Part shown: piece by piece, positions 26,025 to 34,276 of the stretch | Layout of the letters: each line of letters opens with the position of its first letter | Position numbering within the stretch: the stretch's first letter is position 1 | Assembly: GCA_965262485.1 (NCBI GenBank) | Contig: OZ253540.1 | Location: 532,711 to 596,710, forward strand | Direction: 5' to 3' | DNA length: 64,000 nucleotides | Source of the DNA: Dehalococcoidia bacterium | GTDB lineage: Bacteria; Chloroflexota; Dehalococcoidia; Lucifugimonadales; UBA3495 | Program-made: the position numbers and the translations under genes | The notes under the pieces: generated by a model | The model's database searches: none | Told to the model about the DNA's origin: nothing | What the model saw: only the letters and a program-made list of their open reading frames with translations

Positions 26025-26753
26025 TCAGCTAGTATGCTTCTGCCGTGTCAGTTCTTTTACCAATGTGATGAATTTTCCGGATACATTAAGGTCTTCACTG
26101 ACCAAATCGGCGTCCAACCAGTTTCGTCTGGGGTCTGTGTTTTCCAGAAGGTTTAGCGCCCTCAATGACCAAACGCCAACCTTACTTCCCCCAGGTTCTT
26201 TCATCAGTAACGGTGTGACTTGGTCGAGGTAGTTGCCACGGATGTAGTCGTAGCCCATGGCTTCCGCATAAGTTTTGGCGGCGTAGGTAACTGCGTCCCA
26301 ACCCTTTTCCGCCGCCACTGCCAACGCCCCGTTTGCCAGGCATACCCAGGCGCGGCGTAGTATTGCTTCGGCGTCTTGCGGTGGGTTGGCGATGTCAAAA
26401 ACCAGCATAGCCAGCCGCTGCACATCGTCAAAACGCCGGCCGACACCGCTCCTGTCCAGCCAGTCATAACGCGCATTGTCGGCCAAAGCCATTGCGCTCA
26501 CCGCCCACTCAACGCTACTGTCGTGGCTGCGGTGGTCTTTGGACAACTGCAATACCACATCCTTGAAATCGGCGTCGCTGCCGCCTTGTCCGATAAGGCC
26601 GGCATAAGTTTTGGCGGCGTAGCCGGCGGCATCCCAGCCTTTGGCAGAGGCCAATGCCGGTTCACCCTGGGCCAGGTATTCCCGGCCCCGGCGCAGGAGT
26701 TCGTCGCAGGTTTGGGTATAATCGTGTGGCAACTGCGTCATCGTACTGGCCAC
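26025..26753 (-). CDS. tandem PaREP1/HEPN-like protein (two degenerate domains lacking the R/H motif)
   Basis: 242 aa with LLRRGREYLAQGEPALASAKGWDAAGYAAKTYA and ILRRAWVCLANGALAVAAEKGWDAVTYAAKTYA. The positions equivalent to R..H read VSAMALA and LRALNLL. The start is GTG 26753 or ATG 26741. Confidence 0.6.
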   Translation of the reverse strand: MASTMTQLPHDYTQTCDELLRRGREYLAQGEPALASAKGWDAAGYAAKTYAGLIGQGGSDADFKDVVLQLSKDHRSHDSSVEWAVSAMALADNARYDWLDRSGVGRRFDDVQRLAMLVFDIANPPQDAEAILRRAWVCLANGALAVAAEKGWDAVTYAAKTYAEAMGYDYIRGNYLDQVTPLLMKEPGGSKVGVWSLRALNLLENTDPRRNWLDADLVSEDLNVSGKFITLVKELTRQKHTS

Positions 26754-26755
26754 AA

Positions 26756-27958
26756 TTAGACCCGCGGCATGCCCAGTCCCCGGCGGGCGACCTGGTCTCG
26801 CATGACCTGGACGCTGCCGTGGTTGATGCCGCTCTGGAAAGCGCCCATCAGGTTGTGGGCAAAAATGCCGTCTGCCACGGAATCCTCGGAGCCGTTGAGC
26901 AACTGGCCGTAGGGACCCAGCAGTTGGGCGATGGTTTCTGTTGTCCGAACACCGTGTTCGGGAGCAAATACCTTCTCAGCCGATCCTTCGTAGGTGAAGT
27001 TACCTTCGGATTCGACGATGGACATGCTGCGCAGGGTCATCAGCCGACACACCTGACCTTCGATCCACATATCTGCGAGCCGGTCGCGGGTGGTGGGGTC
27101 TTCGCGCATACCGTAGCCCTCGATGTCGTTTTCCTTTACCCAGTTTACGATGTCCTCATCGCGCTGGATGGAAATCAAGTACCGCGATGCGCCGACGCGG
27201 TCGAGGTTGAGTCCCATTGCGCCGACGTACCAGCCCTGGTTTTCCTCTCCCAACAGGCACGAAGCTGGCACACGAACATTTTCGAAGAAGGTTTCGTTGG
27301 TGCGGGCGTCGCCGTAAGTTGTTCCGAGGGGAGCCGGAGGATTGTTCTGGATGGTCCACAACGGGCGGACGGTGATGCCGGGGGTGTCCATGGGTATGAG
27401 GAATATGCTGATTCCCCGGTGGCGCGGGGCGTCAGGGTCGGTGCGCGCCATCAGGTAGATGTGAGTTGCGTAGTGCGCGGCCGTTGTGTACATCTTCTGG
27501 CCGTTGATAACGTAATCGTCGCCATCGCGGACGGCGCGGCACTGGAGACCGGCGAGGTCGGCGCCCGCTTGGGGCTCGGTAAATCCCAGAGCAAAGGAAA
27601 TTTCGCCACGAATTACACCGGGGATGAATTCCTGCTTCTGCTCCTCGGTTCCCGCTGCGAGTATCGCCGGCGCGCCGGAACCGGCTCCGCCAACGGTGAT
27701 GCCAATGCGGGCAAACTCCTCTTCCACGATGTATTGGTCGATTCGACTGCCGCCCTGACCGCCGTATTCTACGGGCCAGGAAATGCCTATCCAACCCTGC
27801 TCGGTGATTTTTTGGTACATCTCCCGGGTCTTCGGGCCCCGTCGGCGAATTCCGGTGCCCTCCAACTCGGCTACGATATCGTCAGTCACATTTTCAGCAA
27901 TGAACTGCTGCACATCGGAGCGTAGGGCTTCCTGTTCGGTAGTGAATGCAAATTCCAT
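26756..27958 (-). CDS. acyl-CoA dehydrogenase family protein
   Basis: 400 aa with ACAD layout (MEFAFTTEQEALR...FTEPQAGADL...). Confidence 0.9.
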   Translation of the reverse strand: MEFAFTTEQEALRSDVQQFIAENVTDDIVAELEGTGIRRRGPKTREMYQKITEQGWIGISWPVEYGGQGGSRIDQYIVEEEFARIGITVGGAGSGAPAILAAGTEEQKQEFIPGVIRGEISFALGFTEPQAGADLAGLQCRAVRDGDDYVINGQKMYTTAAHYATHIYLMARTDPDAPRHRGISIFLIPMDTPGITVRPLWTIQNNPPAPLGTTYGDARTNETFFENVRVPASCLLGEENQGWYVGAMGLNLDRVGASRYLISIQRDEDIVNWVKENDIEGYGMREDPTTRDRLADMWIEGQVCRLMTLRSMSIVESEGNFTYEGSAEKVFAPEHGVRTTETIAQLLGPYGQLLNGSEDSVADGIFAHNLMGAFQSGINHGSVQVMRDQVARRGLGMPRV

Positions 27959-28105
27959 GGCGGCGCTGCCTCACGGGTAGGGTGTGCGGTACTTTACTGG
28001 CGTCCAATTATAACGGTTAGCCCGGTTGGTGTCATTTCGGAAAAATGGGTTCTGCCGGCCTTGTGCTAAAATCGCGTCAACCCACTACTCATATTGAGGC
28101 TTACG

Positions 28106-28876
28106 ATGAGCACCGCGGCCAATGCAATCACGATGCTGCCCTACCGGCGGCAGGGGGAAATTGACTACGCCAGCCTTGAATACGACCCCGATGAACCGGA
28201 ACCTTTGCCCGAAGCTATGGAACAAGAACCCGTCATACAGGAAATCCTCGGTATCATCAGCAGTCGGTTCACCGATTTCGGGCTGCGCCCGGATAACTTT
28301 CTCAGCAGCAATACTATCCTCTGCTATGACCCGGCCAATCTCAATGTGCGAGTGCAACCCGACATATACCTGGCTTTTGGGGTTGAGCAGGCGGCCATTC
28401 GCCGGCGGAAGCTCTACCTGCCTTGGGAAGCCGGCAAGCCGCCAGACCTGGCGTTGGAGGTAGCTTCTGAAAGCACCAGCCGACAAGACATCATCGCCAA
28501 GCCGGGCATCTACGCTGCCGTCGGCATTCCCGAATACTGGCGCTTTGACCCGACCGGGGGCGAGTATCACGGTGAGCCGATGGCCGGGGGCTTGCTGGTC
28601 AATGGTGCCTATCAATCCATTGAACTGACCACCGAACCCGATGGCATATTGAAAGGATACAGCACGATACTGGAACTCAGCCTGTGTTGGGATGAAGGCT
28701 GGCCGCGCTTTTACGACCCGGCCACCGCAACCTACCTGGAAAACTGGCGACAAGAGCGGGCGGCCCGGCTGTCTGCCGAGGCGGAGCGGGATGCTGAAAG
28801 AGCGGAACGCCTCGCCGCCGAGACCGAAAACGAGCGGCTACGGGAACAGATACGCCGTCTGCAATCAGAAGGATAG
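28106..28876 (+). CDS. Uma2-family (DUF820) PD-(D/E)xK endonuclease with C-terminal coiled coil
   Basis: PDLALEVASESTSRQD...KPGIYAAVGIPEYWRFDP and an Ala/Glu/Arg-rich tail. ATG 28106 follows GAGG by 6 nt. Confidence 0.8.
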   Translation: MSTAANAITMLPYRRQGEIDYASLEYDPDEPEPLPEAMEQEPVIQEILGIISSRFTDFGLRPDNFLSSNTILCYDPANLNVRVQPDIYLAFGVEQAAIRRRKLYLPWEAGKPPDLALEVASESTSRQDIIAKPGIYAAVGIPEYWRFDPTGGEYHGEPMAGGLLVNGAYQSIELTTEPDGILKGYSTILELSLCWDEGWPRFYDPATATYLENWRQERAARLSAEAERDAERAERLAAETENERLREQIRRLQSEG

Positions 28877-28911
28877 CAGCTGATTCTGCCAACAATAACC
28901 TTACCGAATAG

Positions 28912-29091
28912 TCAGGTTTGCCAAATAGTAGGCGTCTGGCGGCGCCACGTTATGGAACCGGCCAGGGTAACCGGGAGGCCGTCGAGTATGTCCGTCTTGG
29001 CCACATCGATAACCTCTGGTGGGATGCTGCGGAATCCGGCGGCAGCTGCCAGTCGAGATAGTTCAGCCGTTACGTAGGAATCGCTGGTCAT
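28912..29091 (-). pseudogene. 5' relic (59 codons) of an MmgE/PrpD-family dehydratase gene
   Basis: MTSDSYVTAELSRLAAAAGFRSIPPEVIDVAKTDILDGLPVTLAGS, then a divergent tail and TGA. A full-length family member is about 450 aa. The ORF is below the track's length cutoff. Confidence 0.6.
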
Positions 29092-29138
29092 GATGGGGAA
29101 CCGCGGCGATGAGGATTATGTTCCGACGGCGATGGATT

Positions 29139-30989
29139 TCACCCCAGCCCGCACTCCGCCAGCACCGGTTCGATGGCTCCGATCAGCGCTGGCAGGTATT
29201 CGTTCCAGTCTCCCACGATTCCATAGTCGGCGGCCCGAAAGATGGCAGCGCGATGATTGCGGTTGATCGCCAGGATGACCCCGGCTTTTTGAATTCCCAC
29301 CGTGTGGTTGAAGGCGCCGCGAATTCCCACGGCCAGGTATACCCTGGGGGCTATCGTCCGACCGCTGATGCCGACCTGGACGTGATGAGGCAACCATCCG
29401 GAATGCACGACGTTTCGAGTGGTTGCGATGGAGGCGCCGATGGTGGCAGCCAGGCGTTGGGCTTCGGCCAAACCTTCTTCGCCCACGCCCATGCCGACGC
29501 CGATCACGACTTCCGCGGATGTTAACTCCAGGGCTCCATGTTCTTCTGACGTATGCTCGCTCAACAGGATGACGTCCGGCCCGTCGCAAGGGGCTGGATC
29601 TATGGCGGTAACTGTCGGGGTGTAATCCGGATCCGGGTCGGCGGGGGTCAGGACGCCGGGCCGGAGCGTTACGAGGTTGGGCAACGTTTTGGAAAGAATG
29701 GGAGCAACGACGTTGCCGCCGAGGGCCGGTTTGAGTTGGACCAGTTGCCCGGCGTCGTTGATTTCCAGGTCTATGGCGTCACCGGTCAGTCCCAAACGTT
29801 GCCGGGCGGCAATGCGGGCAGCGAGGTCGCGTCCATCGGCGGTGGCACAAAAGAGCACTGCGTAGGGCGGGTTGGCGACGATGGCGGCAGATAGACTCTC
29901 AGCGACGCTACGCCCGCAGATTACACCCAGACCATCTGTATTCAGGGTCAAAATTCGGTCGGCGCCCGCGGCAGCCAACTGAGTAACGGCTGCCCCGTCC
30001 GGCGGTCCGGATCCGATGAATACGGCCACGATCTCACTTTGCGTTATGGGAGCAAGGGCGCGCGCTTTGCCGAGCATTTCCAGCGTAGCGTGACGCACGG
30101 CCGGTCCGACCATTTCCACGACTACCCAGATACTGCGTTGGGTTCCGGTGTAACGGCCGGGAGCGGACACCGTTGATCCGGTTGAGTCTTCCGCCTGATC
30201 CAGCGCGGCCAGACGTTCGCGGAGCATTTCTGCCACCTGGCGCGCAGCATCGTCGGGCGTTTCATCGCGGATTACCACACCCAGGCGGTCCGGTTCAATC
30301 AGACGAATGTCTTCAACCCAGGTGGGTGACCCTTCCAATCCGAACAACGACAGGTCATCCGTCAGGTCGGCACAGGTTAGTTGCTCCACCGTTTTTGTCT
30401 CAGCGACTTCCATTTCCTCGCGCCCGGGATAACGCTCCTGCCCGGCGCCTTCCGTTACGCACACGACGGCGGGCAGGGAGCAGCGCAATACCTGATAACC
30501 TTGATCGGTGGCCCTTTCGCAGGTAATGCTGTGGCCGGATCGGTCGATCTCGAGATGCCGGACATTGCTGATGTGAGGCATCCCCATCAGTTCCGCGACC
30601 TCGGGACCGACCTGACCGGTTTCGGCGTCGGTGCTGTTGCGCCCGCAGATGACAAGATCGGGTTCTTCGCGCTGCAAGGCCAGAGCCAGAGCCTGGGCCG
30701 TTGCCAGGGTATCGCTGCCGGCCAGCGCCCGGTCGGAAAGTAGAATTGCCCGGTCGGCCCCGAGGGCGTGGCACTGAGTCAGTCCCTCAGCTGCGTTTGG
30801 CGGGCCCATGGACAGGGCCACCACCGAATCATCGGGATCAGATTTCAAGTCTATGGCGAGGTTGAGACCCAGCAGATCGAAGGGGTTTATTTCTGATGGC
30901 ACGCCCTCGCGCTGGATTACCTTATTTTCGTAATCGAACTGGATTCTGGAAACGACGGGGACATATTTGACGCAGACCGCGAATTTCAT
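29139..30989 (-). CDS. fused electron transfer flavoprotein, EtfB-EtfA in one polypeptide
   Basis: 616 aa. The N-terminal ~255 aa are EtfB-like (MKFAVCVKYVP...INPFDLLGLNLA...). After a short Ala/Asp/Ser linker, the C-terminal ~330 aa are EtfA-like (...PRVYLAVGIRGAFNHTVGIQKAGVILAINRN...). AAGGAG RBS. Confidence 0.85.
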   Translation of the reverse strand: MKFAVCVKYVPVVSRIQFDYENKVIQREGVPSEINPFDLLGLNLAIDLKSDPDDSVVALSMGPPNAAEGLTQCHALGADRAILLSDRALAGSDTLATAQALALALQREEPDLVICGRNSTDAETGQVGPEVAELMGMPHISNVRHLEIDRSGHSITCERATDQGYQVLRCSLPAVVCVTEGAGQERYPGREEMEVAETKTVEQLTCADLTDDLSLFGLEGSPTWVEDIRLIEPDRLGVVIRDETPDDAARQVAEMLRERLAALDQAEDSTGSTVSAPGRYTGTQRSIWVVVEMVGPAVRHATLEMLGKARALAPITQSEIVAVFIGSGPPDGAAVTQLAAAGADRILTLNTDGLGVICGRSVAESLSAAIVANPPYAVLFCATADGRDLAARIAARQRLGLTGDAIDLEINDAGQLVQLKPALGGNVVAPILSKTLPNLVTLRPGVLTPADPDPDYTPTVTAIDPAPCDGPDVILLSEHTSEEHGALELTSAEVVIGVGMGVGEEGLAEAQRLAATIGASIATTRNVVHSGWLPHHVQVGISGRTIAPRVYLAVGIRGAFNHTVGIQKAGVILAINRNHRAAIFRAADYGIVGDWNEYLPALIGAIEPVLAECGLG

Positions 30990-31071
30990 GCGGAAACGCT
31001 CCTTGTGAGCAGAGATCGGTTTATTGCCGGTGACCCGAAGGCGCCGGACGGGCGTTCACTCGGTGGCAGGC

Positions 31072-32460
31072 TCAGGTATTGATGCTGGCGCCGAGTTGTT
31101 CTCGGGTATGTTGTGTCAACTCCTGAATGGTGGAGCTGAATTCCACTGGGTAGCGGGCCGGTTCCCGAAGTCGCTGATAGGGAGGGCTGAGGCCGGCCGC
31201 GCCCTCGGCGACACGCTGCCGCACGACGGCCAGGTTTTCCCGAGGTGATATGCGTTGTCCGTTTGTCATAGCCTCGGCCAGCAAGGGTCGGCCCGGCGCG
31301 ATGTTTTCGTGGGCCAACGCTATTACGTCGCCGGTCATCGAACCCGATGAGTCGAATTGTCGGAATATCTGCTTGGACCCCGGCATCGACTCCTTCCCGC
31401 CGCTCAATTTCATTACCGGCCGGTCGTTGTAACACACCATTTTGTAGACCATATCACACCAGGGAGCATCGCCCGAGACGCCCACGCGGGTTCCCACTCC
31501 GAACATGTCGATGGGCGCTCCGTTGTTCACCAGGCGTTCGATTTCGTACTCGTCGAGACCGCCGCTGGCCAGGATACGAACGTAGCCGAGGTTGGCTTCG
31601 TCCAGTATGGAACGTACCTGGCGGCTCAGGTGATCCAGATCTCCGGAGTCCAGGCGGACGGCGGTCAGTCGATGGCCGGCGTCTTCCATTTCTCCGGCAA
31701 CCAGGGCCGCGTTGCGGGTGCCGCTAATGGTGTCGTAGGTGTCCAACAGGAAGATGCTGCGTTCCGGGAACATTCTGGCATAGGCGCGAAAGGCTTCGAT
31801 CTCGCTGGAGAATCCGGTGATGTATGAGTGCGCCATGGTTCCGGCCGGAGGAATTTCGTAGCGACGCGCGGCCAATACGTTGCTGGTGGCGGCGAAGCCC
31901 GCAGCGTAAGATACGCGCGCCATTGCCAAGGCAGCTTCTGTGCCGTGGGTACGCCGCGAAGCGAAATCGGCGATCGCTCTTCCCTGGGCAGCCAGGACAC
32001 ATCGGGCTGACTTGGTAGCAAGCAAGGTTTGGTATTGGATTTGATTGATTACAATGGTTTCGACCAACTGGGCTTCGATAATGGGAGCGGAGATTTCCAT
32101 TATGGGTTCATCGGCGAATACGACGCTGCCTTCCGGGACGGCTCGGACGGTTCCAGTGAAGCGGGTCGCCGCCAGGAACTCCAGGAAATCGCCAGTGAAA
32201 ATCCCGGTGGTGCGAAGAAAATCGATGTTGTCGGGATCGAACGCAAGGGCGCCCAGGCAGTCAAGAGTGTCGTCGATACCCGCTGCGATCATGTAGCCCC
32301 GGTCCGGCGGATAATCGCGCATATAGAGGCTGAAGGTGGCTTCATGGGCCATGCCCTCCGAAAAGTACGATTGACCCATGGTCAGCTCGTAGAGGTCCGT
32401 AAACAGACCAATGTCGCCGGCGGCAAGTGGTAAAAAGGGAGATTGGCTGGGGATCGACAT
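31072..32460 (-). CDS. pncB: nicotinate phosphoribosyltransferase
   Basis: 462 aa with LFTDLYELTMGQSYF and the NAPRTase pattern throughout. Confidence 0.9.
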   Translation of the reverse strand: MSIPSQSPFLPLAAGDIGLFTDLYELTMGQSYFSEGMAHEATFSLYMRDYPPDRGYMIAAGIDDTLDCLGALAFDPDNIDFLRTTGIFTGDFLEFLAATRFTGTVRAVPEGSVVFADEPIMEISAPIIEAQLVETIVINQIQYQTLLATKSARCVLAAQGRAIADFASRRTHGTEAALAMARVSYAAGFAATSNVLAARRYEIPPAGTMAHSYITGFSSEIEAFRAYARMFPERSIFLLDTYDTISGTRNAALVAGEMEDAGHRLTAVRLDSGDLDHLSRQVRSILDEANLGYVRILASGGLDEYEIERLVNNGAPIDMFGVGTRVGVSGDAPWCDMVYKMVCYNDRPVMKLSGGKESMPGSKQIFRQFDSSGSMTGDVIALAHENIAPGRPLLAEAMTNGQRISPRENLAVVRQRVAEGAAGLSPPYQRLREPARYPVEFSSTIQELTQHTREQLGASINT

Positions 32461-32520
32461 GAACGTTCACCGGGAGGAAACCGAACGCAATCTGCGGAAA
32501 ATCGTCGACCGATTGTCCGC

Positions 32521-32549
32521 ATTATCCAACCGGCCGGCATCAGTGTCAA
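32521..32549 (-). promoter_or_regulatory. candidate pncB promoter (TTGACA-N17-GATAAT on minus strand)
   Basis: On the plus strand, ATTATC is at 32521-32526 and TGTCAA at 32544-32549, about 60 nt upstream of the pncB ATG. Confidence 0.45.
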
Positions 32550-32619
32550 ACACCGTATATGGGTATGCGGACCAGATTCCGTGCGTTTGAGACCGGGCGG
32601 CGGGCAAGGCCGAAACCTC

Positions 32620-32733
32620 GTAACTGTTCACGTTTGAGGGGACGGAAACGGTTTGCAGTGGAAATTCCGTACTTGGTTGCCCCTCCACAAGAGGCCGAAT
32701 AGTCGGTAGATCCCCGGAAGTCTGAACAGTTAC
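32620..32733 (-). mobile_element. MITE-like element, family A, copy 2 (inverted relative to copy 1)
   Basis: 114 bp with the same perfect 11-bp TIRs (GTAACTGTTCA / TGAACAGTTAC). The 8-bp direct duplication GAAACCTC flanks it at 32612-32619 and 32734-32741. By manual alignment it differs from copy 1 by about 8 substitutions and one 9-bp indel. Confidence 0.85.
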
Positions 32734-32748
32734 GAAACCTCACCGTGC

Positions 32749-32777
32749 TTGACATATTGTTCGACCAACGGTAGCAT
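32749..32777 (+). promoter_or_regulatory. candidate promoter of the S-box leader (TTGACA-N17-TAGCAT)
   Basis: Hexamers at 32749-32754 and 32772-32777, about 30 nt upstream of the riboswitch P1 stem. Confidence 0.55.
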
Positions 32778-32808
32778 GATTCACGTTAACAATCGTAAAT
32801 ACTTCTGG

Positions 32809-32950
32809 AACCCTTATCCAGAGAGGCGGAGGGACCGGCCCTGTGAAGCCTGGCAACCAATCCCGCATCCCTAGCGGGATCAGGTGCTAAATCCGGCGTC
32901 GCTGCCGGGCGTTGCGAGACGCTCGCTGTAGATCGGCGAAAGATGAGGGG
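32809..32950 (+). promoter_or_regulatory. SAM-I (S-box) riboswitch aptamer
   Basis: CCCTTATCCAGAGAGGCGGAGGGACCGGCCCTGTGAAGCCTGGCAACC...GGTGCTAAATCCGGCG...GAAAGATGAGGGG matches the S-box core (CTTATCaAGAGnGGnGGAGGGAnnGGCCCnnTGAAnCCnGGCAACC..GGTGCnAAnTCC..GAAAGATGAG). The P1 stem pairs 32811-32818 with 32942-32949. A T-run lies at 32989-32998. Confidence 0.9.
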
Positions 32951-33067
32951 AGGATTGTCTCGCTTGGCTCTCCCTATGCGGATGGGCCTTTATTTTTTGC
33001 CTGTCGCGGCGATGGGTATCGTCGAACCGACAGGCTGCGGACTACCGCAACTGGCGTAATTGTGGCT

Positions 33068-34111
33068 ATGAAAGAAATTCGTCCGATAAATTGGACGGGC
33101 AGTCGTTTGGAATTGTTGGACCAAACCCGGCTACCTCACGAACAGGTAACGGTCAACATTAGCGATTATCGCGTGGCGGCTGCTGCCATAACCGATATGC
33201 GCGTACGCGGCGCCCCGGCCATCGGCGTTGCCGCCGCCTATGCGATGGTACTGGCGGCGGCGGAGTTGCAGTCGCGAGAACGCGATCACTACATTGGTTC
33301 GCTGCGTCAGGCAGGGTCACAAATTTCTGCCGCGCGGCCAACAGCCGTCAATCTGGGCTGGGCGGTGCGACGCATGTTGCGCGTTGCTGAAGCCGAACCC
33401 GATCCGGGCAGCATTTTGCCTAAACTGGAAGCGGAGGCGCGGCGAATCCAGGCCGAAGATGAAGAAATCAATCGGCGTATCGGAGAGCATGGGCGTGTGC
33501 TGATGCCGCAAGATGGCGAGGGCGTGTTGACGCATTGCAACACTGGCGCGCTGGCGACCTCGGCTTTTGGCACTGCTTTGGGCGTGATTCGAGCCGGATG
33601 GGAAAATGGCGGCAGATTTCGGGTTTACAACACCGAGACGCGACCCTGGCTGCAGGGAGCGCGTCTCACATCATGGGAGTTTCAGCAGTTGGGTATTCCA
33701 GCGACGCTCATCGCTGATTCCGCTGCTGGGATGATGATGTTGAACGGTGATATAGCGTGCGTAATAACCGGCGCGGACCGGATTGCCGCCAACGGCGACA
33801 CCGCAAATAAAATCGGCACCTATGCCCTGTCGGTTTTGGCTCATGAAAACGGCATCCCGTTTTATATTGCAGCGCCCACCAGCACTGTCGATCTGTCGGT
33901 TACAGACGGTTCCGGCATCAAGATCGAACAAAGGCCGCAGCATGAAGTTACGTCTTTTGCCGGCGTGCCAACTGCTCCCGAGGGGACTGCTGCCTACAAC
34001 CCCGCTTTTGACGTAACCCCCAACCGCTACATCACCGCCATCATCACCGAGCAAGCCGTTTGCCGCCCACCCTACGACGCCTCACTCCGCCAAGCCGTGG
34101 ACGCTGCCTGA
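33068..34111 (+). CDS. mtnA: S-methyl-5-thioribose-1-phosphate isomerase
   Basis: MKEIRPINWTGSRLELLDQTRLPHEQV...RVRGAPAIGVAAAY...GADRIAANGDTANKIGTY. The upstream part of ORF 32912.. is the riboswitch. Confidence 0.9.
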   Translation: MKEIRPINWTGSRLELLDQTRLPHEQVTVNISDYRVAAAAITDMRVRGAPAIGVAAAYAMVLAAAELQSRERDHYIGSLRQAGSQISAARPTAVNLGWAVRRMLRVAEAEPDPGSILPKLEAEARRIQAEDEEINRRIGEHGRVLMPQDGEGVLTHCNTGALATSAFGTALGVIRAGWENGGRFRVYNTETRPWLQGARLTSWEFQQLGIPATLIADSAAGMMMLNGDIACVITGADRIAANGDTANKIGTYALSVLAHENGIPFYIAAPTSTVDLSVTDGSGIKIEQRPQHEVTSFAGVPTAPEGTAAYNPAFDVTPNRYITAIITEQAVCRPPYDASLRQAVDAA

Positions 34112-34116
34112 CCATT

Positions 34117-34177
34117 ACCCCTCCCTTGATGGGAGAGGGCTAGAGCCTGCCCCGCACTTGATGCGGGGGTGAGGGTG
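34117..34177. repeat. pair of GC-rich hairpin modules
   Basis: CCCCTCCCTTGATGGGAGAGGG and GCCCCGCACTTGATGCGGGGGTGAGGGTG belong to the same module class as 6068-6100 and 6400-6440. Confidence 0.75.
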
Positions 34178-34276
34178 AAAAACCGCTAAACACTATGACC
34201 AACCCATCTATCGAACCCCAGACCCGGCGGCGCAGCGCGCGCACCGGACTCACTGCCTACGATCCGGAGCGGGCCT

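Noticed and set aside
26654-27925. 423-aa plus-strand ORF.
   Set aside because: It is antisense to an acyl-CoA dehydrogenase and is a shadow ORF.
32912-33067. N-terminal 52 codons of ORF 32912..34111.
   Set aside because: This stretch covers the 3' half of the SAM-I riboswitch and its T-run. The conserved MtnA sequence starts at ATG 33068.
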